Assembly (NCBI GenBank): GCA_024137785.1
Contig: JAHRHZ010000140.1
Coordinates: 30,547,687 to 30,611,686, forward strand
Origin: Ginglymostoma cirratum
Taxonomy: Eukaryota
DNA length: 64,000 bases
Direction of reading: 5' to 3'
A program made the translations under genes and the position numbers. Shown here piece by piece: positions 1 through 13,400 of the stretch; position 1 is the stretch's first letter; the number at the start of each line of letters is the position of its first letter. Under the pieces are notes generated by a model. It did not search any database. It worked only from the letters and a program-made list of their open reading frames with translations, and had not been told where the DNA came from.

Positions 1-399
1 CATTGACTGTCCATTACAGAAATTTCCTAAAAAAAATAACAATTAGTATTGCTGGAAATGCTGGTGTTAAAGCAAACATAAAGAGAAATAAAGGGTTTTT
101 CTTTCAATAGATTAGTAGCAAGGAATCAAGCATGAATTTGTGTTATGCAGAACAGTAACATCCAATTCTTTTTTGTACATCACTTCAATAACAAAGAGTA
201 TTATGATCTTAGATAACAAAGTGTGGAGCTGGATGAATTTGCATGCAATCACTGAGCAAGTCAAAACCAAAATTTTCACTTTGTGTTGGAAAGGTATTCT
301 TGCTCTGCCAAGTCAAGATTAGGTGCAACGTTTCAGCTTCCGTCTATGACATTGTCTTACCCAGTAATTATTTCCACTTGAACCATCTTAGTCAGTTTT

Positions 400-760
400 C
401 CATGGGAACATCGCTGGCAATGTTATTGCCAATCCCTCGAAAATTGAGAAACTTGCAAAGACATTTCAGTAGCAATTAAGGGTTATTCACATTAAACTAG
501 CCTGAAGTCATGTGTGGGCCTAAAGTAGATGAGGATGACAGATTTCCTTTCCCAAAGAATGTTCGCAAAAGTGATATTTTTAAGTTATGATTCAGTCATT
601 TCATCGTCATATTTTTTACATACCAACTTTTTATCCTAGATTTACTTAATAACTAGATTTAAATTACATAGCTGCTGTCGTGGAATTTGAACTCAAGTCT
701 CTAGATCATTACTCCAGGCCTTTAGATTAGTAGCTCAGTAGCATAACCACTCTGCTATCA
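400..760 (-). mobile_element. Degenerate tRNA-derived SINE (same family as 9630-10097 and 40540-40845)
   Basis: Minus-strand B-box-like gagttcaaattcc (plus ggaatttgaactc, about 682-694). The body resembles the other two copies. Boundaries are approximate. Confidence 0.55.
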
Positions 761-829
761 TAACAAAATGTTACCTCAATGGAACCAGTTGCATTAGCAC
801 CATTTTAGATCTCCATCTGAGGTCCTTCC

Positions 830-1125
830 TTCACATGAACATTATCAAATAAGATTAAACATTAAACTATGTAAGGAGAAACTAGGGCAGATGATCAAAA
901 CAATTCAGTTTCAAGGTCAGCCAAAAGGAGGATAGAGAGGTAGAAAGAGGAAGAGAATTCCAGAGCTTTAGGCTTGGCACAACCACCAGTGACACAGCAA
1001 TTATTGTTAATGTGGAAGAGGCCAGAATTGGAGGAGCACAGATATTCCAGAAGATGTTAGGACTGGAGGAGATTACAGAGACGGTGAGGGTCAAGCCTCT
1101 GGAAGGATTTGATTATAAGATGAAC
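830..1125 (-). mobile_element. L2-type LINE 3' fragment
   Basis: Purine-rich segment (gagaattccagagc...ggaggagattacagaga) matches the reverse complement of the L2-type 3' end seen at 24560-24768. Family call is from recalled consensus. Confidence 0.5.
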
Positions 1126-1287
1126 AACAACAAACACAATTCCTAGCTCAACGTGGCACTTGATGCAAATTAAATCATTTGCTTTTCTCAATTATTTAAT
1201 AGTAAATTCTCTAGCTAGTGGAAGGTCACCTCCTCCATACAGTTAGTGTTTAGAACAGTATGTATTCACAAGATGATGTGGTACCAT

Positions 1288-1405
1288 TCTGAGGAAGGTT
1301 CACTGGATCCGAAAAATTAACTCTGATTCCTCCCCACTGATGCTACCTGCTGAGCTTTTCCATCAATTTTTGTTTTTGTTTCTGATTTCCAACACCTACA
1401 TTTCT
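1288..1405 (+). repeat. Penelope-derived short repeat with degenerate hammerhead-like core
   Basis: ctgagga-aggttcactggatcc-gaaa followed by ttaactctg...gatgctacctgctgagcttttcc. Related copies lie at about 9775-9940, 28570-28750, 36030-36170, 57290-57390 and 61370-61475. Confidence 0.65.
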
Positions 1406-4400
1406 TTTTGTTTTTGTTATGTGTTACCCACCTGATTAATAAATTTATCAAATTCATGCTGTTTTGATGCATTGTTTACAAATGTTAGTCACTTCTATTT
1501 CCGTAATACTACATATGTATGACATCCAGCAATATTATTATTGTGCAAGATGACATCATTGTCACATATTCCCTTTTACAGAGTCAAAGTTAATATCTAA
1601 AAAGTGCATTTGTTTAGAAATCATAAAATTTAACTCAATGAAGTTTCCAAAAGTAATGGATTTCCACTAAGATTACTTTCAAGACAGCAACATATTTTAG
1701 GTTGTATATTTTGATTTTACATTTGCATTTGAATAGAATTAAGTCCTACAAGGGGGCTTAAAGTCAAAAAGGAAAGATATCCTGCAGCACAAATTACTGG
1801 GTTTTGATTAAGATGTTTTATAACTAAGAGGGCAAATTTTTTAAAAATAAATTCATTGTCAGTACAAGAGAATCAGCAAGCTGATCAACACTTCTGTTAC
1901 CCTGAAACAATACAGAGTGCAAACATCAGAACTCTTGTTTCAAATATTCCAGCTAGAAATGCAATATTTTTTAAAAAACAATGGAAGTATTTGTAAAACA
2001 CAGAAAAATTACAAATTTCCAATTAACCCATGTCCAGATTTTTTTCTATAGGCAAGTCTCATAATCACCTTCAAGAAAAAAAAGCGCATAACTTGAAGAA
2101 AGTTGAACCATGCTTGTGGATTTTAATTTCAGATGTTGTCAACTCAAGGGCATTTGGACCAATCAATATCTGTCTGTCTGCTGGCACACAGAAAGTTTGC
2201 TATTAGGAAAGACCGGCTTACAGCAGACCGAGCCAATACCATTAGCCCTAGCCTAAGGGCAGTTCTATCCATGAGATGGGGTAGGCACCTGCCCCCCATC
2301 CCTCCCCCACCATTAAGCTAGCCACATGGGATGTCATTTGGACATTATGGGCAAAGAGCAGTTCGTTTTTTTCCTTCTTTTTTCTCACCCAGACTTTACT
2401 AAATCAATAAATCTGTTCTTTGCTTATTTGAGAACTTTGCTTCAATATATAGCAAGGACTTACCTTCGAGCAACAAACTCCTGCCAGACCAGGTCAGAAT
2501 TTCTTCTTTCTGGTTTCTTCCCTGCCTCAATTTAAAAATAATTATAACATTTTCTGACAGACTGAATGATGTTTTTCAGCCATGATGGATTTCACATACT
2601 AAAACCTTTACAAGAAATTAGACTTGAGGAAATGAGGTTTTACTGCTGCAACATAATAGTTTTGTGATACAACAATTTCATTTAACAGTCCCATGATTTT
2701 TCATATAAGCTGAAATTAGTTACATTTTCTCGTAGCCGTATCAACTGGATTTTAGGAAGGAATAACTTTAACTGATGCAGCTGTAATTATATAGTTTCCA
2801 CTCAATGAGCTGTGACATGCTACCGTTATAAGGGAGATGTTTCAAAAAAGGTAGGCTCAGAAATTCAGATTTAGTTGGAAAGAGATTGCAATAATTGAAA
2901 TAAATTCAGAAGCTAGACTAGATGTAATGGCTATAACAATAATACAAAAGCCCAATACCTCTGGAGATTGCCCACAGTTCCGTCCCAAAAAGAGCATCAG
3001 GCTGATCAGAGTCCAGCAGCTGACCAGTCCAGAAAGTGGCAGTGAGATAAGTGGCAGCTGTTGGCAATGCCAATGTGAGGGCAGGATGGAAGTCGTTTGA
3101 TGGGGTCACAGGAGAGAGGGTGGTTACGAGCAAGGACAGGCTGTGACCCTCAGTGACTTGCCTTCCTCACCCCCTTAACCCAATGCCACGTTCTTCAATC
3201 CAGCACTGTTCCCTTGAATGAGGGAGCTGGATTTTTAGACTTCTCACTTGGTGATTTTCATATAGTCGTAGAGTCATACAGCACGGCCAGAGTCCCTTCT
3301 GTGTCCCTGAGCACAAAGTGTCCTGGCAGCAGCGTTCCGGTAAAAGACATTGGTAGGCACCAACATGCAACACAGAAGTGCAGCACTGGTTTGCATGTGG
3401 ATTGGAGATGATGCCATGATGGTGTGGTGAGGCTGGCACTTGTTGATGCCAAAAGCCAGGGATGTGTATAGTGTATGGTCACTGTACATGTATTGTGCTC
3501 TGAAATGTTGGTGCCTGATGTCCAAAAAGAGAGCACTGGAGATGCAAACATCAAGCTAGAGTTGCTAGGTAATCACTCTAATTATCATGTTGGGGATTGT
3601 CATCATTTACCTACCACGGGTACAACAACAGGAGCAGTGGAATCAGATTCTTAAGGGCAGAAAGGACCTCCATTAGTAGTGGTGTGTGAAGGCCATCAAT
3701 GAAACTTCCCAACTCAGACCTGATTGGTGCAGGATGGGAAGGCTGAAAGTCCCCACCCAACATCTGCCTGCCCTAATAAATGGCCTTGGAAGAGGACATT
3801 AAATTCTGCCCCTTCAGCCAGCTTTGGAGTTCAGTCCAACATTTATAATAATATTCCATTGTAAAAACTGCCAACAAGGTTTGAATATGTTAAACCCTAT
3901 GAAGTAATGACCATCTGTTCTACTGCTTCAAAGGCTGAACAGAGGGCTGATCTGTCCATCAATGAAAAGATCAAAGCATAAAGTGAAATTGATACAGTGG
4001 TCTGAATCTCAAAACTGTTCAATGCAAAAGCACATTAATCACTGGATAAATTAAACTAATTCAACTGAATGATTTTCTTCTTTCTTGTTACTTGTCAATT
4101 TAATAGAACAAAGCCCTAACATTTATGATTGCACTAAGAACATACTTAAATGACATGTGAAGTTAGCAACAACTTTTAAATGGTTCCTAACTCCAGAATA
4201 GGCTTCCCCATGATTCACAATATCTTTGAGCTATTGTGTACCGTGTTTCTATCATAAGCTGACTCAACTAAATGAAAGTAGTGGAGTGTCTGAAATCACC
4301 ATCATCTCAGTGGAGCCACCAGCCTTGCAATTTCAGCAGTAATTTGCATATATACCCATACACACTTAAAACTTTCACCTGATGGCAATGGAGGTGAAAA

Positions 4401-6052
4401 TTGTAGAAATAGGTTGTGGCTGCATCTTTTTCTCTGCATCCACTGTACAGTTGCCTTATATTGTGATGGCTAAATCTGAAATCATGTGTTGATTTTATAT
4501 ACCACCTAATGCCAATTAAAGAAGGACATTGAGAGAGGTCGTTATGAAAAGTTAACACTCATCCCAGCTGCACTATGCACGTAAGTAGAAATCTGGTATT
4601 TATTCAAATTGTTATTTTTATAAGTTCACAACTAAATTGAAATAAAGGTTAACTATCTTGAACGATTTGTTTTCTGTGAATGCAACATCATAATTTCTGA
4701 TACGAGTATGTTAAATGGGTCTGTAGTTCATGCTTTTTAAATTCACTCAACAACAATGCCTGCAATAAATGAATTGTGTAGGTAGAAATAAAATCAAGTA
4801 AACATACAGGAACCAGTAAAGATAGCAAAATAACCCTGAGGTAACAAAATAGGTATAAACTCACTACTGTAATTTGCAAAGTGTGTCATTTTATTAACTC
4901 TATAATCTACATAGCTGTTTATAACTGACTTGCTTTAAGAATTAGAGATAACCATTCATAGCTACAAATGTTACTTTTAGATAGATATGGTTATTTAGTG
5001 GCAGTGAAAAACAGTAACTCCAGCACAGCTTGCAATTGCTAAACATTGGTCCCATGTGCATGCCTGGAACTGTTCTACCGTGCATGCCACAGTCCTCCTC
5101 ACATTATGAGAATTGAAAATATATCGCCATTTTCTGCGTTTCCAAGTACAGGAACTGCAACAGTAGAGCACCTGAATCCATAGTTGAGTACTGTAACCTT
5201 GATAACAATAGTTTTTGGAAAGACGATATGAAGGAAGATTTGACTGGTTCATTATTAAACATGAAATATTTTTATGATACAAGAGAGAATTACAGTTCAA
5301 GGAATCGCAAAGCACAAGGTAAAGTCAGTAGGAACTGCTGTGGTGCAAGCTTTCTTTTTATTTAACAGCAAAAACCTGAAACAAATTCTGAAGTGTGAGT
5401 CAAAGCGGCCGATTTTTGACAATGATTGACTTAAAAAAAATCAAATTGAAAATCTATGCTCATTATTAGAAAAGCAAGATATGACATCAATTGAAATTTC
5501 TATATAAAATCTGTGATTGCTCAGGCTATATTGTATCTTAAGCTAAAATACCTCCAACAAATGTTAAAGCTTGTAAATGAAATAAGTAGTGTATGAAGAA
5601 ATGTTATCTAGAACATTGTTTTATGATGTGGCTTGGACCTGTATGTATGTACATATTTGGAGCTTTTTGAAACTGGCATCATTTCAAACAAAGAGCATTG
5701 GCAACGGTGGCAAATAAATGGCATTTGCAAAGAACACAAACTGTTTTTATGGACACTGGGCTGAATCTTTCTAAGAATTGGTGAAATGTCAATTTGGGGA
5801 GTTTCATGGGGGAGATCTCTCTATGACCTTGGTGGTTTATCCCAAACAATTCTCTGCAACACACCTTTATTACACTGTACAGCACTGAACTCACACTATC
5901 TTGCACTCACTAGCAGCAGATGTGCTCACCACTGCTGCAACCTTTTGGGTTTCCTGTGGCCTGGCCATATTTAAATCCTGGCTGTGCATCAACTCAAATG
6001 CTACAGTCCTGATATAGCCATTCACAGTTCACTGTAGGAAGAACCACCCCCA

Positions 6053-7260
6053 GTGATAGCCAGCAGAGGCAAGGTGGCACCACAATGTGTCAACTCAGAC
6101 CTGCAGGTCTTAGCGGATGGGGTGGTGGAGAAGGCTGCTGTCCTCTTTCCTCAGAAGGGTCAAAGGACACCATGTCCTAGCCTGAAGTTGTCATCTGGAT
6201 TGGTGCAGTGCCCACTATCCAGAGGAATGTCCAACAGTGCAAGAAGAAGGCTAATAGCCTTCTGTGCTTGGTAAGTATACGTGCCACCATCTTCTCTCTG
6301 TTACATCAGGCCCAATACTGCACCCACCTCCTACCAGGGCTTATGGTTTATCACTGTCAATATTGTGCACAAATCTACCTTATCCAGCCGAACTATTAAT
6401 CCTTGCTGCCCAACACATTTCCTATTCACTCCGACATCTCACCACGTCTCCTCCATCCACAACAACATTAACAACTGTGCCAACGACGTCCATCACATTC
6501 AACCCTCCTTTTTGTCATGCTCCAGGAGAAAATGGCTCACAATAGGGCAGACTAGGCCAAAGCCAATGGTGGGGTCCTTGATATTCATCTCCTCACCCAC
6601 TATGTGGAGACAATCCTTGCCTTGGCAGAAGAGGATATGTGATGATATCTGTGTCCTGGCAACCAAGTAAGATTCGTTGTCAAGTGCTGTGTTGTTCTGC
6701 AAGTACCATCTCTGGGAATATATTCTTAACATGCTCAAGCCCAATTCACAACTCATTCCCTCTCTTGTCTCCTGCAGGTACCAGCAACATCTGCACAGTG
6801 TCCGCTTTGAAGAGAGCGGCCTCCTCCAGCAAATACCTCCTTCCTCAGAGGTGGAGGAGAAGGAACAGATACGTGAGAGCAAGCACCAGAAAGGCTGTCT
6901 CCTGTACTCTCCTCCAGCTCAGATACTGACGCTGTGATTCAGTTGGAATTGGGAGAACATGCGGGTGAGCAAGTCATTGGTATGTCTCCACAGCTGGTCA
7001 TGGAAGAACCAGTCCAGGTCCATGGCACTCAGAAGACTGATGGAGGTACCTGTCCAGCCAAGGCAGGAGAGGACCCCATGGTGTTGGATGTTAGTAACAC
7101 CAGGTAAATGCAGAAGCAGACACAGGAGCAGCAGTAGTTTGTCTGAGACACTCAATAAACTGGATCAAAGTTTGGAGGAGTCCACATATGCCATCTCTAC
7201 CCTGCTGGCTTCAATATGCTTGCATTTAGCTGTCTCCGTGGACAAGTTGGTCCCGCAATG
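6053..7260 (+). pseudogene. Harbinger Myb/SANT-like DNA-binding partner gene remnant (multi-exon)
   Basis: KVAPQCVNSDLQVLADGV..VLFP, then (frameshift) EVVIWIGAVPTIQRNVQQCKKKANSL (RxxxQCRKKxNDL motif). Donor gtaagt at 6271. Acceptor ctccag precedes exon 6526-6666 EKMAHNRAD*AKANGGVLDIHLLT. Donor gtaag at 6667; acceptor cctgcag ends at 6777. Stops and frameshifts are present. Confidence 0.65.
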
Positions 7261-8192
7261 GTGAACCCAGTCCATGAAGATCAGTTGTGTGGAAGAAAGA
7301 ATTCAAGGAGGGTATGCTGCCATCTGTCTGCATTGTACTGCAACAAATCCCCATGTGTAATGTGCATGGGAATCTGATGAGGATGAGCCATCTTGTTACC
7401 CTTATTGGCATTAGTGAAAGAAAGTGTTGCATGGCATCATGGGTATCATAACATGCCATTCTAACCCCTACCTCTATACAGTGTATAGCATGACAGACCC
7501 TCTCACATCTGCAGGACGTTCCATGGAAGATGGATGACTGTGGTTCTTGTGCATTTTTGTCACAATACAAAGGCATCTTTTGCTGGAAAGACGGCATTAG
7601 GAAGGTGCACCACATCCCCTGGAAGTTAATGCTTGACCTGAGCTTCCAGATTGATGTGTTCCTCATCAATTTCTGTGGACACTCAGTGCAGCTGACGCAG
7701 GGATGATGCAAAAATAGCGTGTGATGAATGATGATGATCCGTCAGAGCCACCGCACTGTGCTAAGCAGGAAATTGAGGACAATCATCGGAAGGAACATCA
7801 CATTCACCATCCTACAGCACAGCATCACCAGGTCCAGAAACCAAGGCATGACTTGTTTGGCAGCCAATGCTTCTGTCCCTGGATCCATTGGTGGTGATTT
7901 TGATGAGCAGGTATGAGCAAAGTCAGAAATAAAATAGCTCCTCTGTAATGTGATCTGTAAGCAGTCACAGCGCATACAAATAACATTTAAACGTTGTCAT
8001 CTCAAAATTGAGACATGGAGATCTCTGACAAGGAGACCAATGGGATGTTCTCCATGATGTTTTATACTGTACACCTGCACTAACCATTTGGCACACATAC
8101 AATTGGGGATTGCAAGTGTAGTAGCAAGAATACAGATGTCTCCTCTTTACACCCACCCCCACATTATCCACACAAGGCAACATTGCATATTG

Positions 8193-8363
8193 GATAACAT
8201 GGTGTAGAGCTGGATGAACACAGCAGGCCAAGCAGCATCAGAGGAGCAGGAAGGCTGACGTTTTGGGCCTTAAGAAGGGTCTAGGCCCGATATGTCAGCC
8301 TTCCTGCTCCTCTGATGCTGCTTGGCCTGCTGTGTTCATCCAGCTCTACACCTTGTTATCTCT
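8193..8363. mobile_element. Palindromic Penelope-derived mini-element with about 14-bp TSD
   Basis: Two inverted arms of about 75 bp. Flanked by attgcatattggat (8182-8195) and attgcacattggat (8364-8377). Confidence 0.85.
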
Positions 8364-9629
8364 ATTGCACATTGGATGATGATTTGCACATTTCAGAGAC
8401 CAAGGAGTAATGTGAGCAGCTCCTGGACCTTGTGCAAGCTTTAAGATCTTGGACTGTGTTTGCAAATTGAGGAACATACATGAAACTTCACAGTTCCCCT
8501 GATATTACATCTGTTCACAGCCAGTATGAGGATTAGTTTGAAATGTTCAATGACTTGGTAAAGATGATTTGTTTGAGGCCACAAATTTAGCTGACAGAGT
8601 TGATCAATCCAGGAGATTGACACGCAGAATTCTGTGATAACAGATGTCTTTAAAATCGGTGAGTATCTAGAGAATGCAACTTTCTCTTGAAGGACACCAC
8701 ATTGCTACTCCATCAGAGATAAAAAGAAAATGCCCACTCTGCTCACTCTGAGTGTGATGACAACCATGTTTTGTTTCTGGTACATATTTGTGACTTGGAT
8801 GAGAGTGGAAGGTGACACAGAGAGTGAATGGCAGGTTCAGTCTATTAATTGAGGTAAACCCCCACGCCTCATGTTCCTTTCTGCCACACCTTCCCTATTA
8901 ACTCCACCAGGTTTAATCTTTGACATGTTCCCTTTCACCTCTTTCTTTATTTCTTGTCTTCCCACTTTACCCCTCACCTGAGTCCCAGGCGTACAGTTCA
9001 GTCATACCAAATATAGTTATGCACTATCCCCCATCGAAGTTGGGGTGGCGGTAACTGTTAATGAATGCCATCCTGCAATATGTCATGCCCTCACATACTC
9101 TGTTGTCTGTCATCCCTGCATGCTGAGTTGCTCCCTTTTACAACTGTTATCCCCTCTGTATCAGGACATGCTGCCTCACATCTCTACAATGGACTTTTCT
9201 GGTGTCCCACCACAGCAGTGGTCTAATAACCCCTTTTGATTCTTATTGAACAGGCCCCCAAAATTGACAGTGGCCCACCCACCTGACCAACTCCCACGGA
9301 CAGCTCCAACTGCTGACTGACCAGATCCCTAACCAATATCAATGCACTTGACTGATTTACCGTTAATCCCTGGACTCGTTGCACTGAATCTGCAGGACTG
9401 ACTGTGGTCAACTCCCCAGACTGCATTAATATGGAACCCCTGACCCTGAATGGCCCAAGTGGCAGATTGACTGACTGCATCCAAGAACCAGGACCAATAT
9501 TGGATGATTTTCTTTTCTTATGGTACTAGGGTACCTCCTTTCTGGCAACATACCCTTGAACTCAACTGAGGACTACATCCCTTAGACAGTCATATATGGC
9601 CATTTGGTTGAAGCATATGTAGCATTTTG

Positions 9630-10097
9630 TTTTATTCATTCATGGGAAGTGAACATTGCTGCCTATGGCAAGCATTCATTGCTCATCCCTATAGGCTAGA
9701 CCAGGCAAGGATGGCCTGAAAGACATTAGTGACGCAGATGCGTTTTACACCAATTGATAGTGGTTACATACCAAAATAAAACAAAGAACTACGAATGCTG
9801 GAAATCTGAAACAAAAACAGAAATTGTTGGTGAAAATGAACATGTCTGGCAGCGGCTATGAGGAGAAAGCAGAGTTAATGTTGACTCTGTTTTTTTTCTC
9901 CCCTTAGATGCTGCCAGACCTGTTGTGTTTCTCCAGCAGTGGTCATATGGTTGCTACTCGGCTAGCTGTTTATTCCAAATTTTTAATCTAACTCTAATTT
10001 AACCACCTGCCATTGTAGGATTTGAACCACTGCTCCTAGAACATTAGTCCTGAGGTTCTGAATTACTAGACCAGTGACATTATCATGGTGCCACCAC
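9630..10097 (-). mobile_element. tRNA-derived SINE interrupted by an inverted-pair Penelope-derived repeat (about 9775-9940)
   Basis: Head on minus (plus ggatttgaacc, about 10018-10028). The tail ttcattcatggga..cattgctg matches the reverse complement of 40810-40845. Confidence 0.6.
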
Positions 10098-10319
10098 CTC
10101 GTTGTCAACATCAGCCCTACAGTGTGTTTGCCAAGCAAGTTGGTAGCACATTCTGTTAGTGTGGCATGGATGTAGCACAGTGCAATGGAGCAACATGTCT
10201 GCTCCCCTGAATAAAAATGACAAGCTGCTTGGCTTTATGTGGGCTGAACTTGTGAGGCTTTACTTTCTGATGTTGCTTGGTAATGTGTTAAAAGCCAAGT
10301 CAAGGCAAGGTAGAGTCAT

Positions 10320-10329
10320 NNNNNNNNNN
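10320..10329. other. Assembly gap (10 N)
   Basis: Run of N at the distal end of the Gypsy element. Confidence 1.
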
Positions 10330-10559
10330 AGCAATGCCTCTTGCTCCTGGAGCATCTTGGAAGAAATTTATTCTCTTCTTCAGGTGGCAAAGGCATCGAG
10401 GCGGTGACATCTGTTGTGTACATCTCAGAGTCTGACGTATTATCAACGTTTGATGGAGAGAGAGAGAACCCATGTGTTCTGGAAGAGTCAGAAATGCTGT
10501 TGAGGAGCCGGGCATATTTTCCTCCCACACCTTTTGTGAGTGTGTAGCTTTTAAATGGT

Positions 10560-13400
10560 CCAGGACCATCGCACCTAACCGAACTTTATATGTCGCTGGA
10601 CCTGAGATCGAGTTGACCATGCCTCTTACCCATGCAGGGCCATTCCTGTGGTTCCGACACCAAACTTTGTCCCCTGCACTAAACTGACTCTTGCTTAGCA
10701 GAGTCTTGTGACTGATACTGGCGTTTCTGATACGGTTTCATCCTCCCCCAGATCTGGGAAGATCAGGTTTAAGTGGTGTGGAGTCTTCTCCCCATTAACG
10801 ACTCTGCTGGAGCTATCCCTGTATAGTTTCCTATAATCAAATACAAACCAGATGATTTGGTGTCCAGTGAAGCTGTAGGCTGTTTCTTTATGAGATAGTA
10901 GGAACTGCAGATGCTGGAGAATCTGAGATAACAAGGTGTAGAGCTGGATGAACACAGCAGGCCAAGCAGCATCAGAGGAGCAGGAAGGCTGACATTTCGG
11001 GCCTAGACCCTTCTTTACGCCTGCCTCCAACGTTTGGACTGCTCTTTCTGCCAGACTATTGGATGATGGATGGTATGGAGCTGTCCTTATATGACGAATA
11101 CCATTCAACTTTAGAAAATACTCAAATTCCCTGCAGGTAAACAATGGGCTGTTATCTGTGATCAACACTTCAGGGACTCTATGTATCACAAAAGATGCGT
11201 GCAGTTTTTCTATCGTTGTCCCCGTGTATGATGCATGAACACTATGCAGGTCCAACCAATTGGAGTGGGTGTCCACAATGACTAAGAGCATTGAGTCTAT
11301 GAATGGACCTTCACAGCCGATATGTAACCAAGTCCAGGGTTTTCCCGGCCATTCCCATGAATCTGGGGGTGCTGCTGGCAGAAGTCTTTGTCTCTGTTGG
11401 CACTGCCCCACTAACGCAGCTATGTCTGCATCCAATCCTAGCCACTAGACACAGCTTTTCACCAATATCTTTATTCTGGGGGCCCCTGGACAATCCTGGT
11501 GGAGTTCAGCCAATATCTGGCAGTGACCATTGTTTGGGACGATCACTCTTGCACCCCATAATAATACACCGTCCTCTACTATGATTTGGTCTCTCTGGGT
11601 CCAAAAAGGTTTCAATTCTGGTTGTGACAGGCCTTTGATGTCTCCCTTTGATCTTTGGCCTTTGATCACTGGCTGTTTCAGTTTTGCAAGGACTGGATCT
11701 TTCTGTATCCAAGGTTTGACATTGTCAGCTGTGACTGGAAGCATGTCCAGAAAATTTAAAATCATTATGGCCTCTTCTAGTGGTATGGCTATCTATGGTT
11801 TATCTGCCAGTGGCATGCAGCTTAGTGCATTTGCATTTGCTACTTCGCCTCTCGGATGATGTTCCAACTTGTAATTATATGCACTTAATATTAGAACCCA
11901 TCACAGAATTTGGCCTGATGGCACTGCCTTGACCTCTTTAAGTAGACCTAGCAGGAGTTTGTGATCTGTTATTATTACAAAATTATGTCTGTAAATGTAT
12001 TGGTAGATTTTCCTGACTCCAAATTTGACTGCCAAACCTTCATTCGCCATCTGGGCATATTTACACTCTGCCTTAGACAAAGTGCTGGATACATACACTA
12101 TTGGGCATTCCTCTCCATTGAGCCACCTATGAGCTAATACTATCCTGATGCCTTATGGGGAGGCATTGCTTGTCAATACAAGATCTTGCTTGAGAACGTA
12201 ATGTGCCAACACCTTAGAAGATGATACTGTTTCTTCACTTCCCTGAAAATAATGGCTTGACTACGCGACTACTTCCAAGGTTATGTATGAACTTTCTGTA
12301 ATAATTCCCCAGCTCAAGGTAAGACTTAAGCTCCGGTACAGATGTGGGAGCTGGGGCACCTTTGATTGCCCTCACTTTGTCTTTCAATGGGCGTAACCCA
12401 ATCTAGTGTGTAGCCCAACTGTGTCACTTGGGTGCCTGGAACACACATTTTTCCCTTCTTAGACATATGCCCACTGGGAGAAATGTCTAAGGACTACGTC
12501 CAAGTTTTATAAGTGCTCCTTATTGATCTTCTCTGTTATTATCACATCATCTAAATAAATGGCAACCTGGAGTAGACCTTGGAAAATGTTCTCCATCATC
12601 CACTGAAAAATTGCACAGGCTGAATATACCCTGGATGGCAGTCTCGTATATTGGTACAAACACTTATAGGTTCTGGGAATCCTCATCTAACTGCAATTGT
12701 CAGTGCACATGGCACTTGTCCACCTTTGTGATGGTCATCCCTCCTGCCAGCTTTGCATATGAATCGTCTATGTGAGGGTTTTGGTATTTATCCAGCTGTG
12801 AAAAGCAATCTTCCATTTGTTTGAAATCCCTACAAAGGCGAAGTGAACCCTTCACAATTAATATGACCAGTGCTGCTCATTCTGCAAACTGCACCGGTTT
12901 GATGATTCCTTCATTTTGCAGCTTTCTGATTTCTGCATCTTCTTTTGCCCGTAAGGTTATTGGCACTGAGCTCACCTTGCAGAATCATAGAATTGCTTCC
13001 TGGTCAACATGCAAGGTGGCCTTGGCACCTTTGATAGTCCCTAGACTTTCCTGAAAATCTTCTGGATGTTTAATTAGGACTTCACTCAGTCAGCCATTTT
13101 CTAATCGAAAAATGTCGAGTGAATCTAGGTGAATCTTTCTCAACCAATGTTGTCCCATCAAGCTTGGGCCAATCAGTGGTAACTGAACCAAATGCTTCTC
13201 ATAAGAGACCAGAACCAAAGTTGTACCCTTAATCTGTAAAGGTCCTTCGGTATAGGTTCTCAGTCTAGCTGAGGCCTTGCACAAACTTGAAGGTTGGAGA
13301 ACAAGTTTTGTTAAAGACCGGTTCTGTGACCAATGGAACATCCGCACTGGTATCAGCATCCATTGGAGATGGGTGACCATTTAACCCAGACATTTATTTT
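10560..13400 (-). pseudogene. pol: Gypsy pol pseudogene (PR-RT-RH-IN)
   Basis: Protease LNGHPSPMDADTSA near 13380. RT YLDD at 12546-12557. RNase H ..KYAQMANEGLAVKFGV..ITDHKLLLGLL. Integrase LHQDCPG..CQQRQ, WEWPGKPW, IVDTHSNW, ITDNSPLF, TAPYHPSSNSLAERAVQT. Confidence 0.93.
10891..11010 (-). mobile_element. Penelope-derived monomer inserted in Gypsy integrase, 7-bp TSD
   Basis: ttcttta at 10884-10890 and 11011-11017. Removing the insert plus one copy restores AGVKKQPTASLDTK. Confidence 0.9.

Larger units (their letters stand above)
5758..8700. mobile_element. Degenerate PIF/Harbinger DNA transposon
   Basis: Begins with TIR-like gggctgaatcttt. Contains a spliced Myb/SANT-like gene remnant on plus and faint transposase traces on minus (ACTR/PGAAH near 8410-8440, resembling VCARYPGSCH). 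The right boundary is uncertain. Confidence 0.5.

Noticed and set aside
10695-11435. 246-aa ORF as a domesticated integrase gene
   Set aside because: The first catalytic Asp motif is altered (LHIG instead of LHID), the C-terminus comes from an inserted repeat, and the surrounding pol is full of stops.
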